Below are positions 38,724-48,796 of a stretch of DNA of 64,000 nucleotides, in pieces. This DNA is from Alphaproteobacteria bacterium (lineage in GTDB: Bacteria > Pseudomonadota > Alphaproteobacteria > CAAGCB01 > CAG-977): NCBI GenBank assembly GCA_017616015.1, contig JAFZYY010000019.1, positions 486 to 64,485 on the forward strand, in the 5' to 3' direction. The translations under genes were made by a program, and so were the position numbers. The first letter of the stretch is position 1, and every line of letters begins with the position of its first letter. The notes below the pieces were generated by a model. It saw only the letters and a list, made by a program, of their open reading frames with translations, was not told where the DNA came from and did no database searches.

Positions 38724-41700
38724 ATGTCAAAAAAAATATTTTTTCTGTTTGCCTTAATGCTTTTTTCTTTTTCCGCTGCGGCAGCCGAATCGGAGTTATC
38801 CGTTGTGCGCGTTATTCCGCAGGGGAAAGGGATTAAAAATGCGGATAAAATAGTTTTTGAATTTAATCAACCGGTTGTGCCTTTGGGGGAAATGGAGCGG
38901 ACGGCCGATCAAATCCCCATAAAAATCAAACCCGCGCTGAATTGTCAGTGGCGGTGGCTGAATCAGTCGTCGCTGGCGTGTATTCTGGGCGAAAAAGACA
39001 GAATGAAACCGGCAACGGCCTATCGGATTACCGTCAAACCGGAATTGAAGGCTTTGTCCGGAGCCGTGATGCGGGAAAAACAGAAATATGAAATCGAAAC
39101 CGTTCGTCCCGAAATTAATTCTCCCCGCAGTCGTTTTGTTCAGTTTGTCGCTCCCGAACGCCCGCAATGGGAATTGTTCTTTAGTGCGGATACAAAGCTG
39201 AAATCCGTCAAATCGAACGTCTTTTTCATGGCCGGTGGCAAAAGTGTCAAAGCGGAAGTGTCGGAAGTCGAATGCTATTCGTACAGCACGAACTGCCGCG
39301 CGCGGTTTTTGGTTTCTCCGGCGAAAGATTTGGGCGTGGATCAGTCTTATGAAATCGTCTATACGCCGGGTTTTGAGGCGCTGGACGGCGGCAAGCTGAA
39401 ATCCGAAAAAGAAGGGATCGCCGCCAAAGGAAAAACCTTGCCCGTATTCGCCGTTAAGGAAATGCAATGCCATGACGAGAATTACAGATTTAAAACGTAT
39501 ACAGCGGAAGAAACGCGGCTGAATCCTCCGGTCTGCGTGTTTGATTCCGCTCTCCGTATCCGTTTGACCGATCGGACGGTTCAGGGGAATATCTCTGACT
39601 TTGTTAAAGGCGAACCTGCCATATCTGTAGATAACAGAGAAACCACATCGGATTTGATTTTCTTTTCCGCGCCGAAAGCCGATCAACTTTATACAGTGAC
39701 GGTTTCGGATCAGATGAAAGACGTTTGGGGATCGGAATTGGTTCGTCCCGAAACGTTTATGTTTAAATCGTCAAACAGATCCCCTTCTTTGAACATGCCG
39801 TATTATTCGATTGTTTTAGAGGCCGGAGAACAAACGAAAGCCGTCGGCTATGCGACAAATCTGAGTAAGGCTGAAGTGAATTTTAAGGGATTAACCGCCA
39901 AAGAAAATATTTCGGGAACGTATCAAATCGCCGATATTCAGCCGTCAGTCAGAAATATCTCATATCCGTTCGATTACGGTATTCGGGATATGCTGAAAGG
40001 AAAAACAGGCTTTATTTACGGCAACGTCATTTCCGATCCGAAACTTTCCGGCGATTACTCTTTTTCCGCGTCCGTGTCGAAATGGCAGGTGTTGGCCAAG
40101 ATCGGGTGGTATGATTCTTTGGTATGGGTGACGGATTTAAAGACGGGCAAGCCGGTTAAAAACGCCAAAGTGGAATTGTTTGCCACGCCCGAATCCATTC
40201 CGCAGAAAGATAAAACTTTGGTTTCCGGAACGACGGACGCTTCCGGTCGGGCTGTATTGGCGGGATATAATCAATTTGATCCGAAAGTGGAAAAAATCAA
40301 TCAATGGAATTCCAAAAAGGACGCTTTGTTCGTTTCCGTTTCTGTCGGCAATGATATTGCGGCGTTTCCGTTGAACGGTTCCTTTTCGATTTCCGCCGAT
40401 TCGTTAAGCGATTGGGATATTTCAACCGTTTATTATCCGTCCGGAAACACGTATTTGCGTGCATTCGGCTTTACGGCGCAGGGAATTTACCGTCCCGGCG
40501 ACGAGGTCGAGTTTAAAATTTATGTCCGTTCGGTTAAAGAAAACGCTTTAAGCAAAGCGCCGCAGGACGGTTATTCGTTGGAAATCAAAGACGCGGCCGG
40601 AAAAGTCGTTTTTAAACAAAAGGATTTGTCTTTGTCCGACTTCGGCGCGCTGGACGGCAAGTTTACGTTGCCGCAGAATGCCGTTTCGGGGTGGTACAAC
40701 GTTTATCTGCGCCGCGCGAAAGACAGTCCGTTTTTACCGATGCAGTTTTTGGTGTCCGACTTTACGCCGTTGCCGTTCAGCTCTTCTACCGAAGTCAACG
40801 GCAAAGTCTTTAAGACGGGCGATAAAGTTTTAATGACTTCCCGCGCTTCTTTGTTCTCAGGCGGAGCATTTGCCAAAGCGAAAATGAAGCAAACCGCAGT
40901 TCTGTCTTTTGAGCCGTTCCGGTTGGAGCAGCCGAAAGATGCCGTGCCGTTTGTCTTTACCGGCAAGATGTCCGAGCAGGATTATGAACCCGAAACGCTG
41001 TTTGCTTTGGAAACGACGTCAGACAAGGACGGCATGGCGGAAAACAAAGCCAAACTTGAAAAATCCGGCAAATCGGCAGGCAAGATCCGGTTTGAAACGA
41101 AGGTGTTCGACGATTCCGGTCGTTCCGCCTCTTCGTTCGCGTCGGCGGATTATTTTGCGACAGACCGTTTTGTCGGTCTTCGCCGTCAGGAAAACACGGC
41201 GACGGTCGGAAAGCCGGCTACGTTGGAATATGTCGTTGCGGATACCGATAAAAAGTTGGTGGCCGGTGTGCCGGTGACGATAGTTGTAACGCGATCGGAA
41301 AACAAATTGGTGCGCGAAAAGTCAGCGGGCAACGCTTACCTGATGAAGTATGTCAGGCAGGAGCAAAAAGTCGCCGAATGCAAGGGTGTCAGCGCTTCGG
41401 AACCGCAGAAATGTTCTTTCACGCCGGATAAAAGCGGCTTGTATGACGCGACGGCGACGATTGACGGTCATTCGGCGCGTATGTCTTTTTATGTTGAAGG
41501 AGCCGACTATGTTCCGTGGGCGTCCGATGAAAACAAGCTGAAAATGACGCCGGACAAAAAATCTTATGCTGTCGGGGACGAGGTCGTTTTGACGGTTGAA
41601 AATCCCGCTCCGGGCGCGCAGGCATTGATAACGGTCGAACGTTACGGCATTTTGCAGTCGTTTGTGAAAGTTCTGGAAAATTCGATCGAACAAATCAAAC

Positions 41701-44243
41701 TGCCCGTGACGGAAGAGTTCTTCCCCGGTGTATATGTATCCGTCGCGGTGGTTTCTCCGCGTGTCGACAAACCGATTGAGGGTACAGTCGATTTAGGAAA
41801 ACCGACTCAATGGACGGGCTATCTGAAAATCCCCGTGTTGGACAAGTCGCGTCAGATCACTGTTGCCGTCAAACCGGAAAAGCAGGAATATCGTCCCGGC
41901 CAGACGATGAAAGCGACGCTGAAGGCAACTTTGCTGAACCGGAAAAAGGAACCCGTCGAAGCGGCTGTCGTCGTGTTGGACGAAGCTGTCCTGTCATTAT
42001 TGCCCCACGGCATTAAAAGTTTTGATCCGTATGAAGGCCTGAATGAACTCGGAGAACTGAACGTGCGGACGTACAGTCTGATTCGTCAGCTGATAGGTCG
42101 CCAGAAAATCGAAAAGAAAGGCGCGAACCAAGGCGGTGACGGCGGATCGGATTTTGCCGTGCGCGACATCTTTAAATTCGTGGGATACTTCAATCCGTCG
42201 ATTAAATTGGACGAAAACGGCGAAGGTTCTTTTGAAATGAAGCTTCCCGATAATCTGACCGGTTGGCGCATTATCGCGGTCGCGGTAACGCCCGAACAGT
42301 ATTCCGGCATGGGCGAAAGCCGTTTTAACGTTTCTCAGCCGTTGGAAATCCGCGCTCTGTTGCCCAATCAGTTAAGGGCGAACGACATCTTTGCTCCGGC
42401 GGCGTCGGTGATGAACAGAACGGACAAGGAAAGAACGGTTTCCGTTTCCGTTCAGGCAAGCGGATCAATGAAACAGCCCGTTTCGTTGGCAAAAGAAATC
42501 ACGCTGAAGCCTTTTGAACGTCAGGCGGTTTTCTTTGACAATGTGCAGGCGGTTCTGACACCGGAACAGGCATCGGGAAAAATCACGCTGACTTTCAGAG
42601 CCGTCAGCGGTCAAGAAAAGGACGGTTTGAAACAAACGCTTGACGTTTTGAATCTGACGACGTTTGAAACGGCGGCTTTATTTGGCAGTGCCGACGGTCA
42701 GTCGGCGCTTATTCCCGTTTCTGTGCCGCAGGGAGTAAAAGAGTACGGCGGACGGTTCTTTATGTCTGCCGCGCCGACCGTCTTGAACGGCTTGCGCGGA
42801 GCGGTCAAAGTTATGCGCGATTATCCGCACCCGTGTTGGGAACAAAAGCTCAGCCGCGCGGTGGCGGCCGCCGTTTATGCTTCTGAAAAGAACGCCGTCT
42901 GGCCGGAAGATCTGTGGACCGACGCAGACGAATTCGTGAAAAAAACACTGACGGAAGCGCCCTCTTATCAGGCAGAAAACGGCGGTATGGCTTACTTTAC
43001 ACCCAGAAACAATTACGTCAGTCCTTATCTGTCCGCGTATACGGCCTACGCATTTTCTTATCTGGCAAGGCTTGGCTATGAAATTCCGCAGCAGGTGCAA
43101 GATAAACTGGCGCGTTATCTGACAACGATTTTCAAGCTGACGGAAAAAGGACTTGATCCAAAAATTTCGTTGACAACCCGCTTGTTATCTGCCGGATTCC
43201 TGAAAGAAAGAAATCTGATTACAGTAGCGGATATTGCCGTGTTTGAACGCGATATTCCTTTGATGTCCTCGTTTAACAAGGCGTTGTATCTGCAATTAAA
43301 TCCCGAAAATAAAACGGTTTTAAACGATCTGTACAACAGTTCCTATAAAACGTCGGGCAGTTTGATTTTTAAAGAAGAAGCAAATCAACCTTACGGTCTG
43401 TTATCGTCTGCGGCAAAAACGACATGCGCCGCTTTGAGCGCGTTTACCCGGACGGATCCGGTTCGCGCGGAAGCTTTGGTGCGTGGGGCGTATTCTTTGC
43501 GTTTGGCAAACGGTTCCTGGATCAACACGCAGGCAAATGCTTTCTGCATGATGGCGGTACAGGAATACGCCGGAAAAGCGGAAACGCAAACGCCCGATTT
43601 GACGCTGACAGGAAAATTCGGCGACAAGACATTGTTTGAAACAACGTTTGCTTCCAAAACCGATAAACCTGTTATGACCGCGACAGTCCTGACGCCTGAA
43701 ACGGCGGGTGAAAAGCTGACGGCGGGAATCGAAGCACAGGGACAGGGCAAATATTATTATTCAACGATTTTGTCTTATCCGTCCGATTTAAAGAAAGCGG
43801 TCAACGCGGGATTGGAAGTGTCGCGCGCTCTGTTTGTCGAACGCGACGGAACTTTTGTTCCTGTGAATAAAGACACTGTTTTAAAACGCGGCGAGTTGGT
43901 TAAAGTCGAGCTGACGCTTGTAAATCCGGTCGGGTTGAACTTTGTCGCGCTCAGAGATTGTGTCGCGGGCGCATTCGAACCGGTTTCTTCATTGTTGGCA
44001 ACGTCTTCTAAGACAGATCAGGAAAAAGCGAAAACGGATCCGGAGTTTGACTTTGAAGACATCGGGCATAAAGCCGTCGGTTTTTATGCGGAAGTCTTAC
44101 CCGCCGGAACACACAAAGCGACTTATATGGCTCAGGTGGTTGCGGACGGCGTGTTTACGGCTTTCCCCGCCAAGGCGGAAGCGATGTATGCGCCTGACGT
44201 GTTCGGTTTGACGGCTTCGGATACGGTTAAAGTTGCGCCTTAG
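38724..44243 (+). CDS. yfhM: bacterial alpha-2-macroglobulin (YfhM/ECAM-like)
   Basis: 1839 aa. Signal peptide MSKKIFFLFALMLFSFSAAAAE. CWEQ (CxEQ thioester-type motif) at about 74 percent of its length. Immediately followed by pbpC. The listed start at 38463 runs through the upstream intergenic region. Confidence 0.8.
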   Translation: MSKKIFFLFALMLFSFSAAAAESELSVVRVIPQGKGIKNADKIVFEFNQPVVPLGEMERTADQIPIKIKPALNCQWRWLNQSSLACILGEKDRMKPATAYRITVKPELKALSGAVMREKQKYEIETVRPEINSPRSRFVQFVAPERPQWELFFSADTKLKSVKSNVFFMAGGKSVKAEVSEVECYSYSTNCRARFLVSPAKDLGVDQSYEIVYTPGFEALDGGKLKSEKEGIAAKGKTLPVFAVKEMQCHDENYRFKTYTAEETRLNPPVCVFDSALRIRLTDRTVQGNISDFVKGEPAISVDNRETTSDLIFFSAPKADQLYTVTVSDQMKDVWGSELVRPETFMFKSSNRSPSLNMPYYSIVLEAGEQTKAVGYATNLSKAEVNFKGLTAKENISGTYQIADIQPSVRNISYPFDYGIRDMLKGKTGFIYGNVISDPKLSGDYSFSASVSKWQVLAKIGWYDSLVWVTDLKTGKPVKNAKVELFATPESIPQKDKTLVSGTTDASGRAVLAGYNQFDPKVEKINQWNSKKDALFVSVSVGNDIAAFPLNGSFSISADSLSDWDISTVYYPSGNTYLRAFGFTAQGIYRPGDEVEFKIYVRSVKENALSKAPQDGYSLEIKDAAGKVVFKQKDLSLSDFGALDGKFTLPQNAVSGWYNVYLRRAKDSPFLPMQFLVSDFTPLPFSSSTEVNGKVFKTGDKVLMTSRASLFSGGAFAKAKMKQTAVLSFEPFRLEQPKDAVPFVFTGKMSEQDYEPETLFALETTSDKDGMAENKAKLEKSGKSAGKIRFETKVFDDSGRSASSFASADYFATDRFVGLRRQENTATVGKPATLEYVVADTDKKLVAGVPVTIVVTRSENKLVREKSAGNAYLMKYVRQEQKVAECKGVSASEPQKCSFTPDKSGLYDATATIDGHSARMSFYVEGADYVPWASDENKLKMTPDKKSYAVGDEVVLTVENPAPGAQALITVERYGILQSFVKVLENSIEQIKLPVTEEFFPGVYVSVAVVSPRVDKPIEGTVDLGKPTQWTGYLKIPVLDKSRQITVAVKPEKQEYRPGQTMKATLKATLLNRKKEPVEAAVVVLDEAVLSLLPHGIKSFDPYEGLNELGELNVRTYSLIRQLIGRQKIEKKGANQGGDGGSDFAVRDIFKFVGYFNPSIKLDENGEGSFEMKLPDNLTGWRIIAVAVTPEQYSGMGESRFNVSQPLEIRALLPNQLRANDIFAPAASVMNRTDKERTVSVSVQASGSMKQPVSLAKEITLKPFERQAVFFDNVQAVLTPEQASGKITLTFRAVSGQEKDGLKQTLDVLNLTTFETAALFGSADGQSALIPVSVPQGVKEYGGRFFMSAAPTVLNGLRGAVKVMRDYPHPCWEQKLSRAVAAAVYASEKNAVWPEDLWTDADEFVKKTLTEAPSYQAENGGMAYFTPRNNYVSPYLSAYTAYAFSYLARLGYEIPQQVQDKLARYLTTIFKLTEKGLDPKISLTTRLLSAGFLKERNLITVADIAVFERDIPLMSSFNKALYLQLNPENKTVLNDLYNSSYKTSGSLIFKEEANQPYGLLSSAAKTTCAALSAFTRTDPVRAEALVRGAYSLRLANGSWINTQANAFCMMAVQEYAGKAETQTPDLTLTGKFGDKTLFETTFASKTDKPVMTATVLTPETAGEKLTAGIEAQGQGKYYYSTILSYPSDLKKAVNAGLEVSRALFVERDGTFVPVNKDTVLKRGELVKVELTLVNPVGLNFVALRDCVAGAFEPVSSLLATSSKTDQEKAKTDPEFDFEDIGHKAVGFYAEVLPAGTHKATYMAQVVADGVFTAFPAKAEAMYAPDVFGLTASDTVKVAP

Positions 44244-46344
44244 TCTGAAAAAAACGGCGATTGCCTGCGCCGGTATCGCGTTGTTCGCCGTCCTTCTTTT
44301 CGGCGTGATGGCGGGTGATTTGCCCAATGCGTTGGAAGATTTGACAGCGCGGACGGACAAGCTCCAATTTGTTGACCGTTCGGGCGAACCGCTGAACGCG
44401 TCCTATCAGAATTACTGGAACGTTTCAGACGTGATGGCGTTGCACGAAATGCCGCCGTTGCTGATTCAGCTGTTTATCGCGGCGGAAGATAAAAACTTTT
44501 ACAGCCATTCGGGTGTAGACTGGCGGGCGAGGTTTGCGGCGTTATGGCAGAATGTCCGGGCAGGAAAGGTCATTCGCGGCGCCAGCTCGCTCAGCGAACA
44601 GGTCGTGCGCATGATTGTTCCCCGCAGACGCACGTTTTTTTCCAAGCTGTTGGAAACGGTCGACGTTTGGCGATTGGAACGGCGTTTTTTAAAAAACGAT
44701 ATTCTCGAGTTTTATCTTAATCAGGTTCCGTACGCGGCGAACAGGCGCGGGATAAAGCAGGCGTCGCGGTTTTATTTTTCGAAAACACCCGACCGATTGA
44801 GCATTCGGGAAATGACGGCGCTGATCGTTTTGGTGCGCGCGCCGACTTCGTTCGATCTGTATCGCGCAAAAGACAAAATCGACGCTTCAATCAACCGGCA
44901 GTTGCAACTGTTTTTTGAGCAAGGACTGATTAACGAAAACGAATTGAACGCGGCGTTACGGGAAAAAATGACGCTTGTTCCACCGGCTTTGACAATTCAG
45001 GCTCCGCATTTTTTGGAATATGTCCGATCTTTGACTCCCGAGGCGGGCAAGGCGGTCGAAACGACGTTGGACGCGTTTTTACAGAAGAAAGCGGCGGAAT
45101 TGACGCTTCAGCGGCTGAAAGATTTAAAATATCGCCATGTTTCAAACGCAGCTGTTCTGATTGCCGATCGTCGCACGGGGGAAATTCTGGCGTGGGTGTC
45201 TGAAACAATCAATCCCGATACAAAAGCGATTAATGCCGTTTTAGTGCCGCGTCAGCCCGCTTCCGCGCAAAAGCCTTTGCTGTACGGGGTGGCTCTGACG
45301 AAAGGCATGACGGCCGCGACAAAAATCAAGGACTCTCCGTTTTCCAAAGCGGTCGGACAGGGTGTGCATCACTTTAAAAATTACAGCCGGACGTATTACG
45401 GCGATGTGACTTTAAGACAGGCTCTGGGCAATTCTTTGAACATTCCCGCTTTAAAAACAATAGAATTTATCGGCTATCAGACGTACTACGATTTTTTGAA
45501 AAATTTCGGCTTCGTTCAATTTGACAAACCGGCTGATTTTTATCGCGAAGGGTTGGCGTTGGGTAACGCGGAAATGACATTGTTTTCATTGACGCAAGCT
45601 TATTTGATGTTGGCAAACGGCGGAATGACGAAATCGTTAAGGGTGTATAAAGCGCAGGAAATACCGGCGGAAAAGCGCGCCTTGCCCGAAACGGCGGCAA
45701 GTCTGATAGGGCATATTCTGTCCGATCCGTTGGCCAGACAGTGGGAATTCGGCACGGACAGCGTTTTGAATTTTCCCGTTCAGACGGCTGTGAAGACGGG
45801 AACGTCCACCGGATACAGGGACGCCTGGGCGATGGGATACAACAGGGACTTTGTCGCTGGCGTGTGGTTCGGGAATCTGAACTACGAACCGATGAGCGAC
45901 GTGACCGGCGCGGCGGGGCCCGCTTTGCTGTTGCGGTCAATTTTTACGGAACTGAACAAGATCAAAACATCGGGGGCTTTGGAGTTGTCGCCGGAGCTGG
46001 AAAAAAGAACCGTTGACGGCAAGACGGAATACTTCGATCCGAATGTGACGGAAACCTATCGGATAGAAGCTCCCGACTGCATTGTGACTTCGCCGGAAAA
46101 CGGAGTGATGCTGGCGATTGATCCGCGCATTCCGCCGGAGTATCAGCAATATCCGTTTTCTGTTTCTTGCGTGCCGGAAGGGGCGTCTGTCGTCTGGAAC
46201 GTAGACGGAAAAGAAGTCTGGCAGGGACGGGAAAACACTTTTCTGTGGCGCATCAGCCGCGGAAGTCATACAGTACGGGCGGCATTTGTCGGAGAAAACT
46301 TCGAAAAACAGGACTTGCCCGAACAAACCCTGATTGTGCGATAA
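44233..46344 (+). CDS. pbpC: penicillin-binding protein 1C (transglycosylase/transpeptidase)
   Basis: GT51 motifs (EDKNFYSHSGVD; RGASSLSEQ) and transpeptidase SAQK...KTGTS. TTG start at 44233 overlapping the A2M gene. Exact start uncertain. Confidence 0.8.
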   Translation: MRLSLKKTAIACAGIALFAVLLFGVMAGDLPNALEDLTARTDKLQFVDRSGEPLNASYQNYWNVSDVMALHEMPPLLIQLFIAAEDKNFYSHSGVDWRARFAALWQNVRAGKVIRGASSLSEQVVRMIVPRRRTFFSKLLETVDVWRLERRFLKNDILEFYLNQVPYAANRRGIKQASRFYFSKTPDRLSIREMTALIVLVRAPTSFDLYRAKDKIDASINRQLQLFFEQGLINENELNAALREKMTLVPPALTIQAPHFLEYVRSLTPEAGKAVETTLDAFLQKKAAELTLQRLKDLKYRHVSNAAVLIADRRTGEILAWVSETINPDTKAINAVLVPRQPASAQKPLLYGVALTKGMTAATKIKDSPFSKAVGQGVHHFKNYSRTYYGDVTLRQALGNSLNIPALKTIEFIGYQTYYDFLKNFGFVQFDKPADFYREGLALGNAEMTLFSLTQAYLMLANGGMTKSLRVYKAQEIPAEKRALPETAASLIGHILSDPLARQWEFGTDSVLNFPVQTAVKTGTSTGYRDAWAMGYNRDFVAGVWFGNLNYEPMSDVTGAAGPALLLRSIFTELNKIKTSGALELSPELEKRTVDGKTEYFDPNVTETYRIEAPDCIVTSPENGVMLAIDPRIPPEYQQYPFSVSCVPEGASVVWNVDGKEVWQGRENTFLWRISRGSHTVRAAFVGENFEKQDLPEQTLIVR

Positions 46345-46355
46345 AGGAATTAGAA

Positions 46356-47609
46356 ATGAAGAAACCCGAACTGCTTTTGCCCGCAGGATCTCCCGAAGCG
46401 ATGCAAACGGCTTTTTTATACGGAGCAGACGCCGTTTACTGCGGGTTGCCGTCTTTGTCTTTGCGGGCGGGAAACGGTTTTGATTTAAATACTCTGGCTC
46501 AGGCGATTTTACAAGCGCATAAGCGAAACAAAAAAGTCTATCTGACGTTAAATTTGTTTTCGCGCAACAGCGATATTGAGCGGTTGGCGGACTTTGCCGA
46601 AACGGTAAACGAGCTTCGTCCCGACGGGCTGATCATCTCCGATCCCGGCGTGTTTATGTTTATGAAAGAACATGCGCCCGACATTCCTTTGCACGTTTCG
46701 ACGCAGGCCAATGTCGGATCTTGGCTGACGGTCGATTTCTGGCGGTCTTTGGGGGCAAAGGTATGTGTTTTATCCCGCGAAACGCCGTTTGAGGACATCT
46801 GCGAAATCAAGCGCAAAATTCCCGATATGAAAATCGAGATGTTTATTCACGGCGCAATGTGCATGAGCTATTCGGGGCGGTGTCTGCTCTCCTCCTTTAT
46901 GACGGGGCGCAGCGCCAATCGCGGCAAATGCGCGCATGCCTGCCGTTGGAAGTATAAGCTTTATCTGGAAGAGGAACAGCGTCCGGGCGAATTTCTGCCG
47001 ATTGAAGAAGACGATCGCGGAACGTATATCCTTAATTCCAAAGATTTATGTCTGATGCCGTGCTTAAATAAAATTCTGGAAGCCGGAATCGATTTGTTGA
47101 AAGTCGAAGGGCGCAACAAGACGCCTTATTATGTCGCGCAAACGGCCAGAGCTTATCGTCACGCGATCGACGATTGGTTCGATAATCCGCGAAATTGGCG
47201 CTTTGAAAAGTACCAAGCGGAATTGGACACGCTTCAGAACAGAGGCTATACGACCGCTTTTTTCAACGGTGTACCGGATTCGGCGGCGCAGAATTACGAA
47301 ACGACTCAAAGCGCCGGCGACTGGCGCAACGCGGGCGTGATTTCCGCCTGGACGGACGAGGGGGCGGAGATGATCATTTATCAGAAAATCGAAGCGGGGG
47401 ATACGCTTTACTTTTTGCCGCCCGATCGTTTCGAAAGCGTTCCGGTCACATTGCTCCGGATTATTGACGGTTTTACCAAAAAGGAAGTGCCGGCTTTGTC
47501 CCCCGGCCGCGTCGGGCAGAGCATCTTTATCCCGATGGCTTTTTTCAAAGGATTGAAGCCTGAAAACCTGCCCGTTTTCACGGTCGCGCGCACAAAACTG
47601 AAAAGCTGA
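46356..47609 (+). CDS. peptidase U32 family (collagenase-like) protein
   Basis: MKKPELLLPAGSPEAMQTAFLYGADAVYCG start is typical of U32/YegQ/PrtC. ATG at 46356. The listed upstream extension is in-frame run-on. Confidence 0.75.
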   Translation: MKKPELLLPAGSPEAMQTAFLYGADAVYCGLPSLSLRAGNGFDLNTLAQAILQAHKRNKKVYLTLNLFSRNSDIERLADFAETVNELRPDGLIISDPGVFMFMKEHAPDIPLHVSTQANVGSWLTVDFWRSLGAKVCVLSRETPFEDICEIKRKIPDMKIEMFIHGAMCMSYSGRCLLSSFMTGRSANRGKCAHACRWKYKLYLEEEQRPGEFLPIEEDDRGTYILNSKDLCLMPCLNKILEAGIDLLKVEGRNKTPYYVAQTARAYRHAIDDWFDNPRNWRFEKYQAELDTLQNRGYTTAFFNGVPDSAAQNYETTQSAGDWRNAGVISAWTDEGAEMIIYQKIEAGDTLYFLPPDRFESVPVTLLRIIDGFTKKEVPALSPGRVGQSIFIPMAFFKGLKPENLPVFTVARTKLKS

Positions 47610-47680
47610 AAGAACGGCTTGATTCCCGCTGTTTTTTTGTTAAAATGCGGACAAGATTAAAACAGTCGGGGAAAATCATT

Positions 47681-48349
47681 ATGAAAACGGCTTTACACAT
47701 TTGCGCTATAACTTTTTTGCTGTCGGCGTGCGTGACAACAAAACAAACGGAAACCTCTGCGGCCGTAAAATTGTCGTTGACGGATCGCGTGCAGGCGGCA
47801 GTTACCGAAGTTCAGAAAAGCGTCACCGAAGCTTTGCCCGACGAAATCGCCGGATTAAAGTCTGTCGAACCCGTTGCCGATCGTGAAAAAAATCAGCGCG
47901 GCGCCGGCTTTACCCGCGCTTATACGGCAGACGACATCGTTGCAACCGTTTTTATTTACAATAATCAGAATTTCGGCGTTTCCGAGGAAGATGAAGTCAC
48001 AATGGATTCTTTGATGGATAAGCATTTGCAGGAATTCCTGTCTTTGCAGGATTCGGGACTGTACGCAAATGTCAAAACAGGAGCAAAAAAACAGCGCGAG
48101 TTTAAATGGAAATCCATAAAGTATCAGGTGTTGGAAGCCGACGTTCTGTTTTCTCAGAAAGAGGAAGCAAAAAAGTCTTTTCTGGTTTTGGGCGCGAACA
48201 AAGACCTGATGTCTTATATCAGAATTCGCTATACCTATCCCAAATCCAAACAGGCGGAAATGAATAAAAAACAGTCCGTTTTCACGCGCACGGTGATGAC
48301 GGTTTTGCATGATTTTGCTGCGGCTCAGCAGACGCCTGCGGCTCAGTAA
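47681..48349 (+). CDS. lipoprotein, unknown function
   Basis: MKTALHICAITFLLSAC lipobox. Confidence 0.55.
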   Translation: MKTALHICAITFLLSACVTTKQTETSAAVKLSLTDRVQAAVTEVQKSVTEALPDEIAGLKSVEPVADREKNQRGAGFTRAYTADDIVATVFIYNNQNFGVSEEDEVTMDSLMDKHLQEFLSLQDSGLYANVKTGAKKQREFKWKSIKYQVLEADVLFSQKEEAKKSFLVLGANKDLMSYIRIRYTYPKSKQAEMNKKQSVFTRTVMTVLHDFAAAQQTPAAQ

Positions 48350-48362
48350 ACGGGGGCTGACC

Positions 48363-48785
48363 ATGAAGCATTTAATTCTGCTGTTTTCGCTGTTTCTGTC
48401 GGGTTGCCTTTTATTGGATCCCGCCGCCGAAGTCGGTCAAACGTTGCACTATATGAATCAGGCTTATATGGATAAAGAGCTTGACGCGTTTATGAGCTTT
48501 GTCAGTCCGGATTATCAGGGGCGCGACAATCTGCAAATCGCGGTGGAAAACGACTTTGCCGGTTTCGCTGACGTCGAGTACAGAACGTCCGTTTTTCAAA
48601 CGAAAGTTAATAAAGAGACAGGCGATTATCAGGCGTCGGTTTACTATTTCAGAACAGCGCGGTCAAACCGCTACGGCGTCGACAATCAAAGCGGCGAAAC
48701 CGTTTTGACTTTTCATAAAGATAAAGACGGCTTAAAGCTGACCAAAATGCCCGAACCGCCTTTGTACGGTTTGATTGTTCCTTAA
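48363..48785 (+). CDS. lipoprotein, unknown function
   Basis: MKHLILLFSLFLSGC lipobox. 141 aa. Confidence 0.55.
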   Translation: MKHLILLFSLFLSGCLLLDPAAEVGQTLHYMNQAYMDKELDAFMSFVSPDYQGRDNLQIAVENDFAGFADVEYRTSVFQTKVNKETGDYQASVYYFRTARSNRYGVDNQSGETVLTFHKDKDGLKLTKMPEPPLYGLIVP

Positions 48786-48796
48786 AAGAAATCTCT

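Noticed and set aside
38796-39686. 296-aa minus-strand ORF inside A2M
   Set aside because: Arg/Phe-rich shadow ORF.
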